Assembly: GCA_964016885.1 (NCBI GenBank)
Contig: CAXHJY010000856.1
Span: 1-64,000 of the forward strand
Length of the DNA: 64,000 nt
Direction of reading: 5' to 3'
DNA from: Eledone cirrhosa
Lineage: Eukaryota
Position 1 is the stretch's first letter; each line of letters starts with the position of its first letter. A model generated the notes under the pieces. The model had not been told where the DNA came from, searched no databases, and saw only the letters and a list, made by a program, of their open reading frames with translations. A program made the translations under genes and the position numbers. Shown in pieces: positions 48,501-63,500 of this stretch.

Positions 48501-51500
48501 TTGGGATGTAGTGGGTGTAGTATTGGGAGGTAGTGGGTGTAGTATTGGGAGGTAGTGGGTGTTAAATTGGGAGGTAGTGGGTGAGATATTGGGAGGTAGT
48601 GGGTGAGATATTGGGAGGTAGTGGGTGAGATATTGGGAAGTAGTGAGTGAGATATTGGGAGGTAGTGTGTGAGATATTGGGAGGTAGTGTGTGAGATATT
48701 GGGAAGTAGTGTGTGAGATATTGGGAAGTAGTGTGTGAGATATTGGGAGGTAGTGTGTGAGATATTGGGAGGTAGTGTGTGAGATATTGGGAAGTAGTGT
48801 GTGAGATATTGGGAAGTAGTGTGTGAGATATTGGGAAGTAGTGTGTGAGATATTGGGAGGTAGTGTGTGAGATATTGGGAGGTAGTGGGTGAGATATTGG
48901 GAGGTAGTGGGTGAGATATTGGGAGGTAGTGTGTGAAATATTGGGAAGTGGTGTGTGAGATATTGGGAGGTAGTGTGTGTGAGATATTGGGAGGTAGTGT
49001 GTGGGATATTGGGAGGTAGTGTGTGAGATATTGGGAGGTAGTGTGTGAGATATTGGGAGGTAGTGTGTGTGTGAGATATTGGGAGGTAGTGTGTGAGATA
49101 TTGGGAGGTAGTGGGTGTGATATTAGGAGGTAGTGGGTGAGATATTGGGAAGTGGTGTGTGAGATATTGGGAAGTAGTGTGTGTGAGATATTGGGAGGTA
49201 GTGTGTGTGAGATATTGGGAGGTAGTGGGTGAGATATTGGGAGGTAGTGTGTGAGATATTGGGAAGTAGTGTGTGAGATATTGGGAAGTAGTGTGTGAGA
49301 TATTGGGAAGTAGTGTGTGAGATATTGGGAAGTAGTGTGTGAGATATTGGGAGGTAGTGTGTGAGATATTGGGAGGTAGTGTGTGAGATATTGGGAGGTA
49401 GTGTGTGAGATATTGGGAAGTAGTGTGTGAGATATTGATAGGTAGTGTGTGAGATATTGGGAGGAAGTGTGTATGTGAGATATTGGGAGGTAGTGTGTGA
49501 GATATTGGGAGGTAGTGGGTGTTATATTGGGAGGTAGTGGGTGAGATATTGGGAGGTAGTGGGTGAGATATTGGGAGGTAGTGGGTGAGATATTGGGAGG
49601 TAGTGGGTGAGATATTGGGAGGTAGTGGGTGAGATATTGGGAAGTAGTGGGTGAGATATTGGGAGGTAGTGTGTGAGATATTGGGAGGTAGTGTGTGAGA
49701 TATTGGGAGGTAGTGGGTGAGATATTGGGAGGTAGTGTGTGAGATATTGGGAGGTAGTGTGTGAGATATTGGGAGGTAGTGTGTGAGATACTGGGAGGTA
49801 GTGTGTGAGATACTGGGAGGTAGTGTGTGAGATATTGGGAGGTAGTGTGTGAGATATTGGGAAGTAGTGTGTGAGATATTGGCAAGTAGTGTGTGAGATA
49901 TTGGGAGGTAGTGTGTGAGATATTGGGAGGTAGTGTGTGAGATATTGGGAGGTAGTGTGTGAGATATTGGGAGGTAGTGGGTGAGATATTGGGAGGTAGT
50001 GTGTGAAATATTGGGAAGTGGTGTGTGAGATATTGGGAGGTAGTGTGAGATATTGGGAGGTAGTGTGTGTGAGATATTGGGAGGTAGTGTGTGAGATATT
50101 GGGAGGTAGTGTGTGAGATATTGGGAGGTAGTGTGTGAGATATTGGGAGGTAGTGTGTGTGTGAGATATTGGGAGGTAGTGTGTGTGTGAGATATTGGGA
50201 GGTAGTGTGTGAGATATTGGGAGGTAGTGTGTGTGTGAGATATTGGGAGGTAGTGTGAGATATTGGGAGGTAGTGGGTGTGATATTAGGAGGTAGTAGGC
50301 GAGATATTGGGAGGTAGTGTGCGAGTTATTGGGAGGTAGTGTGCGAGATATTGGGAGGTAGTGTGTGAGATACTGGGAGGTAGTGTGTGAGATATTGGGA
50401 GGTAGTGTGTGAGATATTGGGAAGTAGTGTGTGAGATATTGGCAAGTAGTGTGTGAGATATTGGGAGGTAGTGTGTGAGATATTGGGAGGTAGTGTGTGA
50501 GATATTGGGAGGTAGTGTGTGAGATATTGGGAGGTAGTGTGTGAGATATTGGGAAGTAGTGGGTGTTATATTGGGAGGTAGTGGGTGAGATATTGGGAGG
50601 TAGTGGGTGAGATATTGGGAGGTAGTGGGTGAGATATTGGGAGGTAGTGGGTGAGATATTGGGAAGTAGTGGGTGAGATATTGGGAGGTAGTGGGTGAGA
50701 TATTGGGAGGTAGTGTGTGAGATATTGGGAGGTAGTGGGTGAGATATTGGGAGGTAGTGTGTGAGATATTGGGAGGTAGTGTGTGAGATATTGGGAGGTA
50801 GTGTGTGAGATACTGGGAGGTAGTGTGTGAGATACTGGGAGGTAGTGTGTGAGATATTGGGAGGTAGTGTGTGAGATATTGGGAAGTAGTGTGTGAGATA
50901 TTGGCAAGTAGTGTGTGAGATATTGGGAGGTAGTGTGTGAGATATTGGGAGGTAGTGTGTGAGATATTGGGAGGTAGTGTGTGAGATATTGGGAGGTAGT
51001 GGGTGAGATATTGGGAGGTAGTGTGTGAAATATTGGGAAGTGGTGTGTGAGATATTGGGAGGTAGTGTGAGATATTTGGAGGTAGTGTGTGTGAGATATT
51101 GGGAGGTAGTGTGTGAGATATTGGGAGGTAGTGTGTGAGATATTGGGAGGTAGTGTGTGAGATATTGGGAGGTAGTGTGTGTGTGAGATATTGGGAGGTA
51201 GTGTGTGTGTGAGATATTGGGAGGTAGTGTGTGAGATATTGGGAGGTAGTGTGTGTGTGAGATATTGGGAGGTAGTGGGTGTGATATTAGGAGGTAGTAG
51301 GCGAGATATTGGGAGGTAGTGTGCGAGTTATTGGGAGGTAGTGTGCGAGATATTGGGAGGTAGTGGGCGAGATACTGGGAGGTTGTGTGCGAGATATTGG
51401 GAGGTAGTGTGTGTGATATTAGGAGGTAGTAGGTGAGATATTGGGAGGTAGTGGGTGTAGTATTGGGAGGTAGTGGGTGTAGTATTGTGAGGTAGTGGGT

Positions 51501-54500
51501 GTAGTATTGGGAGGTAGTGTGTGAGATATTGGGAGGTAGTGTGTGAGATATTGGGAGGTATTGGGTGTGATATTGGGAGGTAGTGTGTGAGATATTGGGA
51601 GGTATTGGGTGTGATATTGGGAGGTAGTGTGAGATATTGGGAGGTAGTGGGTGTAGTATTGGGTGGTAGTGGGTGAGAAATTGGGAGGTAGTGGGAGAAA
51701 TATTGGGAGGTAGTGGGTGAAATATTGGGAAGTAGTGGGTGAAATATTGGGAAGTAGTGGGTGAAATATTGGGAGGTAGTGGGCGAGATATTGAGGTAGT
51801 TTGCGAGATATTGGGAGGTAGTTTTCGAGATATTGTGAGATAGTGGGTGTAGTATTGGGAGGTAGTGGGTGTAGTATTGGGAGGTAGTGGGTGAGATATT
51901 GGGAGGTGGTGTGTGAGATATTGGGAAGTAGTGTGTGAGATATTGGGAAGTAGTGTGTGAGATATTGGGAAGTAGTGTGTGAGATATTGGGAGGTAGTGT
52001 GTGAGATATTGGGAGGTAGTGTGTGAGATATTGGGAGGTAGTGGGTGAGATATTGGGAGGTAGTGTGTGAAATATTGGGAAGTGGTGTGTGAGATATTGG
52101 GAGGTAGTGTGTGTGAGATATTGGGAGGTAGTGTGTGTGAGATATTGGGAGATAGTGGGTGAGATATTGGGAGGTAGTGGGTGAGATATTGGGAGGTAGT
52201 GTGTGAGATACTAGGAGGTAGTGTGTGAGGTACTGGGAGGTAGTGTGTGAGATATTGGGAGGTAGTGTGTGAGATATTAGGAGGTAGTGTGTGAGATATT
52301 GGGAGGTAGTGTGTGTGTGAGATATTGGGAGGTAGTGTGAGATATTGGGAGGTAGTGGGTGTGATATTAGCAGGTAGTAGGCGAGATATTGGGAGGTAGT
52401 GTGCGAGTTATTGGGAGGTAGTGTGCGAGATATTGGGAGGTTGTGTGCGAGATATTGGGAGGTTGTGTGCGAGATATTAGGAGGTAGTGTGTGAGATATT
52501 GGGAGGTAGTGTGTGAGATATTGGGAGGTAGTGTATGAGATATTGGGAGGTAGTGTGTGAGATATTGGGAAGTAGTGTGTGAGATATTGGGTGGTAGTGT
52601 GTGTGAGATATTGGGTGGTAGTGTGTGTGAGATATTGGGAGGTAGTGTGTGTGAGATATTGGCAGGCAGTGTGTGTGATATTATGAGGTAGTGTGTGATA
52701 TATTGGGAGGTAGTGTGTGAGATATTGGGGGGTAGTGTGTGAGATATTGGGAAGTAGTGTGTGAGATATTGGGAGGTAGTGTGTGAGATATTGGGAGGTA
52801 TTGGGTGTGATATTGGGAGGTAGTGTGAGATATTGGGAGGTAGTGGGTGTAGTATTGGGTGGTAGTGGGTGAGATATTGGGAGGTAGTGGGTGAAATATT
52901 GGGAGGTAGTGGGAGAAATATTGGGAGGTAGTGGGCGAAATATTGGTAGGTAGTGTGCGAGATATTGAGAGGTAGTGTGCGAGATATTGGGAGGTAGTTT
53001 GCGAGATATTGGGAGGTAGTATGTGAGATATTGGGAGGTAGTGGGTGTAGCATTGGGAGGTAGTGGGTGTAGTATTGGGTGGTAGTGGGTGTAGTATTGG
53101 GAGGTAGTGGGTGTAGTATTGGGAGGTAGTGGGTGAGATATTGGGAGGTGGTGTGTGAGATATTGGGAGGTGGTGTGTGAGATATTGGGAAGTGGTCTGT
53201 GAGATATTGGAAAGTAGTGTGTGTGAGATATTGGGAGGTAGTGTGTGTGAGATATTGGAAAGTAGTGTGTGTGAGATATTGGAAAGTAGTGTGTGTGAGA
53301 TATTGGGAGGTAGTGTGTGTGAGATATTGGGAGGTAGTGTGTGAGATATTGGGAGGTAGTGTGTGAGATATTGGGAGGTAGTGTGTGTGAGATATTGGGA
53401 GGTAGTGTGTGAGATATTGGGAGGTAGTGTGTGAGATATTGGGAGGTAGTGTGTGAGATATTGGGAGGTAGTGTGTGAGATACTGGGAGGTAGTGTGTGA
53501 GATACTGGGAGGTAGTGAGTGACATATTGGGAGGTAGTGTGTGAGATATTGGGAGGTAGTGTGTGTGTGAGATATTGGGAGGTAGTGTGTGAGATATTGG
53601 GAGGTAGTGGGTGTGATATTAGGAGGTAGTAGGCGAGATATTGGGAGGTAGTGTGTGAGTTATTGGGAGGTAGTGTGCGACATATTGGGAGGTAGTGGGT
53701 GTAGTATTGGGAGGTAGTGGGTGTTATATTGGGAGGTAGTGTGTGAAATATTGGGAAGTGGTGTGTGAGATATTGGGAGGTAGTGTGAGATATTGGGAAG
53801 TGGTGTGTGAGATATTGGGAGGTAGTGTGTGAGATATTGGGAGGTAGTGTGTGAGATATTGGGAGGTAGTGTGTGAGATATTGGGAGGTAGTGTGTGAGA
53901 TACTGGGAGGTAGTGTGTGAGATACTGGGAGGTAGTGTGTGAGGTACTGGGAGGTAGTGTGTGAGATATTGGGAGGTAGTGTGTGAGAGATACTGGGAGG
54001 TAGTGTGTGAGATATTGGGAGGTAGTGTGTGAAGTATTGGGAGGTAGTGTGTGAGATATTGGGAGGTAGTGTGTGAAGTATTGGGAGGTAGTGTGTGAGA
54101 TATTGGGAGGTAGTGGGTGTGATATTGGGAGGTAGTGGGTGAGATATTGGGAGGTAGTGGGTGAGATATTGGGAAGTAGTGGGTGAGATATTGGGAGGTA
54201 GTGTGTGAGATATTGGGAAGTAGTGTGTGAGATATTGATAGGTAGTGTGTGAGATATTGGGAGGTAGTGTGTATGTGAGATATTGGGAGGTAGTGTGTGA
54301 AGTATTGGGAGGTAGTGTGTGAGATATTGGGAGGTAGTGTGTGAGATATTGGGAGGTAGTGTGTGAGATATTGGGAGGTAGTGTGTGAGATATTGGGAGG
54401 TAGTGTGTGAGATACTGGGAGGTAGTGTGTGAGATACTGGGAGGTAGTGTGTGAGATATTGGGAGGTAGTGTGTGAGATATTGGGAAGTAGTGTGTGAGA

Positions 54501-57500
54501 TATTGGGAAGTAGTGTGTGAGATATTGGGAAGTAGTGTGAGATATTGGGAAGTAGTGTGTGAGATATTGGGAGGTAGTGTGTGAGATATTGGGAGGTAGT
54601 GTGTGAGATATTGGGAGGTAGTGTGTGAGATATTGGGAGGTAGTGTGTGAGATATTGGGAAGTAGTGTGTGTGTGAGATATTGGGAGGTAGTGTGTGAGA
54701 TATTGGGAGGTAGTGGGTGTGATATTAGGAGGTAGTGTGTGTGTGAGATATTGGGAGGTAGTGTGTGAGATATTGGGAGGTAGTGGGTGTGATATTAGGA
54801 GGTAGTAGGCGAGATATTGGGAGGTAGTGTGTGAGTTATTGAGAGGTAGTGTGCGACATATTGGGAGGTAGTGGGTGTAGTATTGGGAGGTAGTGGGTGT
54901 TATATTGGGAGGTAGTGTGTGAAATATTGGGAAGTGGTGTGTGAGATATTGGGAGGTAGTGTGAGATATTGGGAAGTGGTGTGTGAGATATTGGGAAGTA
55001 GTGTGTGTGAGATATTGGGAGGTAGTGTGCGAGATATTGGGAGGTAGTGTGTGAGATATTGGGAGGTAGTGTGTGAGATATTGGGAGGTAGTGTGTGAGA
55101 TACTGGGAGGTAGTGTGTGAGATACTGGGAGGTAGTGTGTGAGGTACTTGGAGGTAGTGTGTGAGATATTGGGAGGTAGTGTGTGAGAGATACTGGGAGG
55201 TAGTGTGTGAGATATTGGGAGGTAGTGTGCGAGATATTGGGAGGTAGTGTGTGAGATATTGGGAGGTAGTGGGTGTGATATTGGGAGGTAGTGGGTGAGA
55301 TATTGGGAGGTAGTGGGTGAGATATTGGGAAGTAGTGGGTGAGATATTGGGAGGTAGTGTGTGAGATATTGGGAGGTAGTGTGTGAGATATTGGGAAGTA
55401 GTGTGTGAGATATTGGGAAGTAGTGTGTGAGATATTGATAGGTAGTGTGTGAGATATTGGGAGGTAGTGTGTGAGATATTGGGAGGTAGTGTGTGAAGTA
55501 TTGGGAGGTAGTGTGTGAGATATTGGGAGGTAGTGTGTGAGATATTGGGAGGTAGTGTGTGAGATATTGGGAGGTAGTGTGTGAGATACTGGGAGGTAGT
55601 GTGTGAGATACTGGGAGGTAGTGTGTGAGATACTGGGAGGTAGTGTGTGAGATATTGGGAGCTAGTGTGTGAGATATTGGGAAGTAGTGTGTGAGATATT
55701 GGGAAGTAGTGTGTGAGATATTGGGAAGTAGTGTGTGAGATATTGGGAAGTAGTGTGTGAGATATTGGGAGGTAGTGTGTGAAATATTGGGAGGTAGTGT
55801 GTGAGATATTGGGAGGTAGTGTGTGAGATATTGGGAGGTAGTGTGTGAGATATTGGGAGGTAGTGTGTGAGATATTGGGAAGTAGTGTGTGAGATATTGA
55901 TAGGTAGTGTGTGAGATATTGGGAGGTAGTGTGTATGTGAGATATTGGGAGGTAGTGTGTGAGATATTGGGAGGTAGTGGGTGTGATATTAGGAGGTAGT
56001 AGGCGAGATATTGGGAGGTAGTGTGCGAGTTATTGGGAGGTAGTGGGTGAGATATTGGGATGTAGTGGGTGTAGTATTGGGAGGTAGTGGGTGTAGTATT
56101 GGGAGGTAGTGGGTGTTATATTGGGAGGTAGTGGGTGAGATATTGGGAGGTAGTGGGTGAGATATTGGGAGGTAGTGGGTGAGATATTGGGAAGTAGTGG
56201 GTGAGATATTGGGAGGTAGTGTGTGAGATATTGGGAGGTAGTGTGTGAGATACTGGGAGGTAGTGTGTGAGATATTGGGAGGTAGTGTGTGAGATATTGG
56301 GAAGTAGTGTGTGAGATATTGGGAGGTAGTGTGTGAGATATTGGGAGGTAGTGTGTGAGATATTGGGAGGTAGTGTGTGAGATATTGGGAGGTAGTGGGT
56401 GAGATATTGGGAGGTAGTGTGTGAGATACTGGGTGGTAGTGTGTGAGATACTGGGAGGTAGTGTGTGAGATACTGGGAGGTAGTGTGTGAGATACTGGGA
56501 GGTAGTGTGTGAGGTACTGGGAGGTAGTGTGCGAGATATTGGGAGGTAGTGTGTGAGATATTGGGAGGTAGTGTGTGTGAGATATTGGGAGGTAGTGTGT
56601 GAGATATTGGGAGGCAGTGTGTGAGATATTGGGAGGTAGTGTGCGAGATATTGGGAGGTAGTGTGTGAGATACTGGGAGGTAGTGTGTGAGATATTGGGA
56701 GGTAGTGTGTGAGATATTGGGAGGTAGTGTGTGTGTGAGATATTGGGAGGTAGTGTGTGAGATATTGGGAGGTAGTGTGAGATATTGGGAGGTAGTGGGT
56801 GTGATATTAGGAGGTAGGCGAGATATTGGGAGGTAGTGTGCGAGTTATTGGGAGGTAGTGTGCGACATATTGGGAGGTAGTGGGTGAGATATTGGGAGGT
56901 AGTGGGTGAGATATTGGGATGTAGTGGGTGTAGTATTGGGAGGTAGTGGGTGTAGTATTGGGAGGTAGTGGGTGAGATATTGGGAGGTAGTGGGTGAGAT
57001 ATTGGGAGGTAGTGGGTGAGATATTGGGAGGTAGTGGGTGAGATTTTGGGAGGTAGTGGGTGAGATATTGGGAAGTAGTGGGTGAGATACTGGGAGGTAG
57101 TGTGTGAGATACTGGGAGGTAGTGTGTGAGATATTGGGAGGTAGTGTGTGAGATATCGGGAAGTAGTGTGTGAGATATTGGGAAGTAGTGTGTGAGATAT
57201 TGGGAAGTAGTGTGTGAGATATTGGGAGGTAGTGTGTGAGATATTGGGAGGTAGTGTGTGAGATATTGGGAGGTAGTGGGTGAGATATTGGGAGGTAGTG
57301 TGTGAAATATTGGGAAGTGGTGTGTGAGATATTGGGAGGTAGTGTGTGTGAGATATTGGGAGGTAGTGGGTGAGATATTGGGAGGTAGTGGGTGAGATAT
57401 TGGGAGGTAGTGGGTGAGATATTGGGAGGTAGTGTGTGAGATACTGGGAGGTAGTGTGTGAGATACTAGGAGGTAGTGTGTGAGGTACTGGCAGGTAGTG

Positions 57501-60500
57501 TGTGAGATATTGGGAGGTAGTGTGTGAGATGTTAGGAGGTAGTGTGTGAGATATTGGGAGGTAGTGTGAGATATTGGGAGGTAGTGGGCGTGATATTGGG
57601 AGGTAGTAGGCGAGATATTGGGAGGTAGTGTGCGAGATATTGGGAGGTTGTGTGCGAGATATTGGGAGGTAGTGTGTGAGATATTGGGAGGTAGTGTGTG
57701 AGATATTGGGAAGTAGTGTGTGAGATATTGGGAGGTAGTGTGTGAGATATTGGGAGGTAGTGTATGAGATATTGGGAGGTAGTGTGTGAGATATTGGGAA
57801 GTAGTGTGTGAGATATTGGGAGGTAGTGTGTGTGAGATATTGGGAGGTAGTGTGTGAGATACTGGGAGGTAGTGTGTGAGGTACTGGGAGGTAGTGAGTG
57901 ACATATTGGGAGGTAGTGTGTGTGAGATATTGGGAGGTAGTGTGTGAGATATTGGGAGGTAGTGTGTGTGTGAGATATTGGGAGGTAGTGTGTGAGATAT
58001 TGGGAGGTAGTGTGTGTGTGAGATATTGGGAGGTAGTGTGTTAGATATTGGGAGGTAGTGGGTATGATATTAGGAGGTAGTAGGCGAGATATTGGGAGGT
58101 AGTGTGTGAGTTATTGGGAGGTAGTGTGTGAGTTATTGGGAGGTAGTGTGCGACATATTGGGAGGTAGTGGGTGTAGTATTGGGAGGTAGTGGGTGTTAT
58201 ATTGGGAGGTAGTGTGTGAAATATTGGGAAGTGGTGTGTGAGATATTGGGAGGTAGTGTGAGATATTGGGAAGTGGTGTGTGAGATATTGGGAAGTGGTG
58301 TGTGAGATATTGGGAGGTAGTGTGTGAGATATTGGGAGGTAGTGTGTGAGATATTGGGAGGTAGTGTGTGAGATATTGGGAGGTAGTGTGTGAGATACTG
58401 GGAGGTAGTGTGTGAGATACTGGGAGGTAGTGTGTGAGGTACTGGGAGGTAGTGTGTGAGATATTGGGAGGTAGTGTGTGAGAGATACTGGGAGGTAGTG
58501 TGTGAGATATTGGGAGGTAGTGTGTGAAGTATTGGGAGGTAGTGTGTGAGATATTGGGAGGTAGTGTGTGAAGTATTGGGAGGTAGTGTGTGAGATATTG
58601 GGAGGTAGTGGGTGTGATATTGGGAGGTAGTGGGTGAGATATTGGGAGGTAGTGGGTGAGATATTGGGAAGTAGTGGGTGAGATATTGGGAGGTAGTGTG
58701 TGAGATATTGGGAAGTAGTGTGTGAGATATTGATAGGTAGTGTGTGAGATATTGGGAGGTAGTGTGTATGTGAGATATTGGGAGGTAGTGTGTGAAGTAT
58801 TGGGAGGTAGTGTGTGAGATATTGGGAGGTAGTGTGTGAGATATTGGGAGGTAGTGTGTGAGATATTGGGAGGTAGTGTGTGAGATATTGGGAGGTAGTG
58901 TGTGAGATACTGGGAGGTAGTGTGTGAGATACTGGGAGGTAGTGTGTGAGATATTGGGAGGTAGTGTGTGAGATATTGGGAAGTAGTGTGTGAGATATTG
59001 GGAAGTAGTGTGTGAGATATTGGGAAGTAGTGTGAGATATTGGGAAGTAGTGTGTGAGATATTGGGAGGTAGTGTGTGAGATATTGGGAGGTAGTGTGTG
59101 AGATATTGGGAGGTAGTGTGTGAGATATTGGGAGGTAGTGTGTGAGATATTGGGAAGTAGTGTGTGTGTGAGATATTGGGAGGTAGTGTGTGAGATATTG
59201 GGAGGTAGTGGGTGTGATATTAGGAGGTAGTGTGTGTGTGAGATATTGGGAGGTAGTGTGTGAGATATTGGGAGGTAGTGGGTGTGATATTAGGAGGTAG
59301 TAGGCGAGATATTGGGAGGTAGTGTGTGAGTTATTGAGAGGTAGTGTGCGACATATTGGGAGGTAGTGGGTGTAGTATTGGGAGGTAGTGGGTGTTATAT
59401 TGGGAGGTAGTGTGTGAAATATTGGGAAGTGGTGTGTGAGATATTGGGAGGTAGTGTGAGATATTGGGAAGTGGTGTGTGAGATATTGGGAAGTAGTGTG
59501 TGTGAGATATTGGGAGGTAGTGTGCGAGATATTGGGAGGTAGTGTGTGAGATATTGGGAGGTAGTGTGTGAGATATTGGGAGGTAGTGTGTGAGATACTG
59601 GGAGGTAGTGTGTGAGATACTGGGAGGTAGTGTGTGAGGTACTGGGAGGTAGTGTGTGAGATATTGGGAGGTAGTGTGTGAGAGATACTGGGAGGTAGTG
59701 TGTGAGATATTGGGAGGTAGTGTGCGAGATATTGGGAGGTAGTGTGTGAGATATTGGGAGGTAGTGGGTGTGATATTGGGAGGTAGTGGGTGAGATATTG
59801 GGAGGTAGTGGGTGAGATATTGGGAAGTAGTGGGTGAGATATTGGGAGGTAGTGTGTGAGATATTGGGAGGTAGTGTGTGAGATATTGGGAAGTAGTGTG
59901 TGAGATATTGATAGGTAGTGTGTGAGATATTGGGAGGTAGTGTGTGAGATATTGGGAGGTAGTGTGTGAAGTATTGGGAGGTAGTGTGTGAGATATTGGG
60001 AGGTAGTGTGTGAGATATTGGGAGGTAGTGTGTGAGATATTGGGAGGTAGTGTGTGAGATACTGGGAGGTAGTGTGTGAGATACTGGGAGGTAGTGTGTG
60101 AGATACTGGGAGGTAGTGTGTGAGATATTGGGAGCTAGTGTGTGAGATATTGGGAAGTAGTGTGTGAGATATTGGGAAGTAGTGTGTGAGATATTGGGAA
60201 GTAGTGTGTGAGATATTGGGAAGTAGTGTGTGAGATATTGGGAGGTAGTGTGTGAAATATTGGGAGGTAGTGTGTGAGATATTGGGAGGTAGTGTGTGAG
60301 ATATTGGGAGGTAGTGTGTGAGATATTGGGAGGTAGTGTGTGAGATATTGGGAAGTAGTGTGTGAGATATTGATAGGTAGTGTGTGAGATATTGGGAGGT
60401 AGTGTGTATGTGAGATATTGGGAGGTAGTGTGTGAGATATTGGGAGGTAGTGGGTGTGATATTAGGAGGTAGTAGGCGAGATATTGGGAGGTAGTGTGCG

Positions 60501-63500
60501 AGTTATTGGGAGGTAGTGGGTGAGATATTGGGATGTAGTGGGTGTAGTATTGGGAGGTAGTGGGTGTAGTATTGGGAGGTAGTGGGTGTTATATTGGGAG
60601 GTAGTGGGTGAGATATTGGGAGGTAGTGGGTGAGATATTGGGAGGTAGTGGGTGAGATATTGGGAAGTAGTGGGTGAGATATTGGGAGGTAGTGTGTGAG
60701 ATATTGGGAGGTAGTGTGTGAGATACTGGGAGGTAGTGTGTGAGATATTGGGAGGTAGTGTGTGAGATATTGGGAAGTAGTGTGTGAGATATTGGGAGGT
60801 AGTGTGTGAGATATTGGGAGGTAGTGTGTGAGATATTGGGAGGTAGTGTGTGAGATATTGGGAGGTAGTGGGTGAGATATTGGGAGGTAGTGTGTGAGAT
60901 ACTGGGTGGTAGTGTGTGAGATACTGGGAGGTAGTGTGTGAGATACTGGGAGGTAGTGTGTGAGATACTGGGAGGTAGTGTGTGAGGTACTGGGAGGTAG
61001 TGTGCGAGATATTGGGAGGTAGTGTGTGAGATATTGGGAGGTAGTGTGTGTGAGATATTGGGAGGTAGTGTGTGAGATATTGGGAGGCAGTGTGTGAGAT
61101 ATTGGGAGGTAGTGTGCGAGATATTGGGAGGTAGTGTGTGAGATACTGGGAGGTAGTGTGTGAGATATTGGGAGGTAGTGTGTGAGATATTGGGAGGTAG
61201 TGTGTGTGTGAGATATTGGGAGGTAGTGTGTGAGATATTGGGAGGTAGTGTGAGATATTGGGAGGTAGTGGGTGTGATATTAGGAGGTAGGCGAGATATT
61301 GGGAGGTAGTGTGCGAGTTATTGGGAGGTAGTGTGCGACATATTGGGAGGTAGTGGGTGAGATATTGGGAGGTAGTGGGTGAGATATTGGGATGTAGTGG
61401 GTGTAGTATTGGGAGGTAGTGGGTGTAGTATTGGGAGGTAGTGGGTGAGATATTGGGAGGTAGTGGGTGAGATATTGGGAGGTAGTGGGTGAGATATTGG
61501 GAGGTAGTGGGTGAGATTTTGGGAGGTAGTGGGTGAGATATTGGGAAGTAGTGGGTGAGATACTGGGAGGTAGTGTGTGAGATACTGGGAGGTAGTGTGT
61601 GAGATATTGGGAGGTAGTGTGTGAGATATCGGGAAGTAGTGTGTGAGATATTGGGAAGTAGTGTGTGAGATATTGGGAAGTAGTGTGTGAGATATTGGGA
61701 GGTAGTGTGTGAGATATTGGGAGGTAGTGTGTGAGATATTGGGAGGTAGTGGGTGAGATATTGGGAGGTAGTGTGTGAAATATTGGGAAGTGGTGTGTGA
61801 GATATTGGGAGGTAGTGTGTGTGAGATATTGGGAGGTAGTGGGTGAGATATTGGGAGGTAGTGGGTGAGATATTGGGAGGTAGTGGGTGAGATATTGGGA
61901 GGTAGTGTGTGAGATACTGGGAGGTAGTGTGTGAGATACTAGGAGGTAGTGTGTGAGGTACTGGCAGGTAGTGTGTGAGATATTGGGAGGTAGTGTGTGA
62001 GATGTTAGGAGGTAGTGTGTGAGATATTGGGAGGTAGTGTGAGATATTGGGAGGTAGTGGGCGTGATATTGGGAGGTAGTAGGCGAGATATTGGGAGGTA
62101 GTGTGCGAGATATTGGGAGGTTGTGTGCGAGATATTGGGAGGTAGTGTGTGAGATATTGGGAGGTAGTGTGTGAGATATTGGGAAGTAGTGTGTGAGATA
62201 TTGGGAGGTAGTGTGTGAGATATTGGGAGGTAGTGTATGAGATATTGGGAGGTAGTGTGTGAGATATTGGGAAGTAGTGTGTGAGATATTGGGAGGTAGT
62301 GTGTGTGAGATATTGGGAGGTAGTGTGTGAGATACTGGGAGGTAGTGTGTGAGGTACTGGGAGGTAGTGAGTGACATATTGGGAGGTAGTGTGTGTGAGA
62401 TATTGGGAGGTAGTGTGTGAGATATTGGGAGGTAGTGTGTGTGTGAGATATTGGGAGGTAGTGTGTGAGATATTGGGAGGTAGTGTGTGTGTGAGATATT
62501 GGGAGGTAGTGTGTTAGATATTGGGAGGTAGTGGGTATGATATTAGGAGGTAGTAGGCGAGATATTGGGAGGTAGTGTGTGAGTTATTGGGAGGTAGTGT
62601 GTGAGTTATTGGGAGGTAGTGTGCGACATATTGGGAGGTAGTGGGTGTAGTATTGGGAGGTAGTGGGTGTTATATTGGGAGGTAGTGTGTGAAATATTGG
62701 GAAGTGGTGTGTGAGATATTGGGAGGTAGTGTGAGATATTGGGAAGTGGTGTGTGAGATATTGGGAAGTAGTGTGTGTGAGATATTGGGAAGTAGTGTGT
62801 GTGAGATATTGGGAGGTAGTGTGTGAGATATTGGGAGGTAGTGTGTGAGATATTGGGAGGTAGTGTGTGAGATACTGGGAGGTAGTGTGTGAGATACTGG
62901 GAGGTAGTGTGTGAGATACTGGGAGGTAGTGTGTGAGGTACTGGGAGGTAGTGTGTGAGATATTGGGAGGTAGTGTGTGAGAGATACTGGGAGGTAGTGT
63001 GTGAGATATTGGGAGGTAGTGTGCGAGATATTGGGAGGTAGTGTGTGAAGTATTGGGAGGTAGTGTGTGAGATATTGGGAGGTAGTGGGTGTGATATTGG
63101 GAGGTAGTGGGTGAGATATTGGGAGGTAGTGGGTGAGATATTGGGAAGTAGTGGGTGAGATATTGGGAGGTAGTGTGTGAGATATTGGGAAGTAGTGTGT
63201 GAGATATTGATAGGTAGTGTGTGAGATATTGGGAGGTAGTGTGTATGTGAGATATTGGGAAGTAGTGTGTGAGATATTGGGAGGTAGTGTGTGAGATATT
63301 GGGAGGTAGTGTGTGAGATATTGGGAAGTAGTGTGTGTGTGAGATATTGGGAGGTAGTGTGTGAGATATTGGGAGGTAGTGGGTGTGATATTAGGAGGTA
63401 GTGTGTGTGTGAGATATTGGGAGGTAGTGTGTGAGATATTGGGAGGTAGTGTGTGAGATATTGGGAGGTAGTGTGTGAGATATTGGGAAGTAGTGTGTGT

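Noticed and set aside
48435-62377. Long ORFs (1696, 469, 365 aa) of SQYLTHYLPISHTLPPNISHTT repeats
   Set aside because: Translation of the stop-poor C/A-rich strand of the 22-bp satellite; all frames give the same peptide, with no sign of coding constraint
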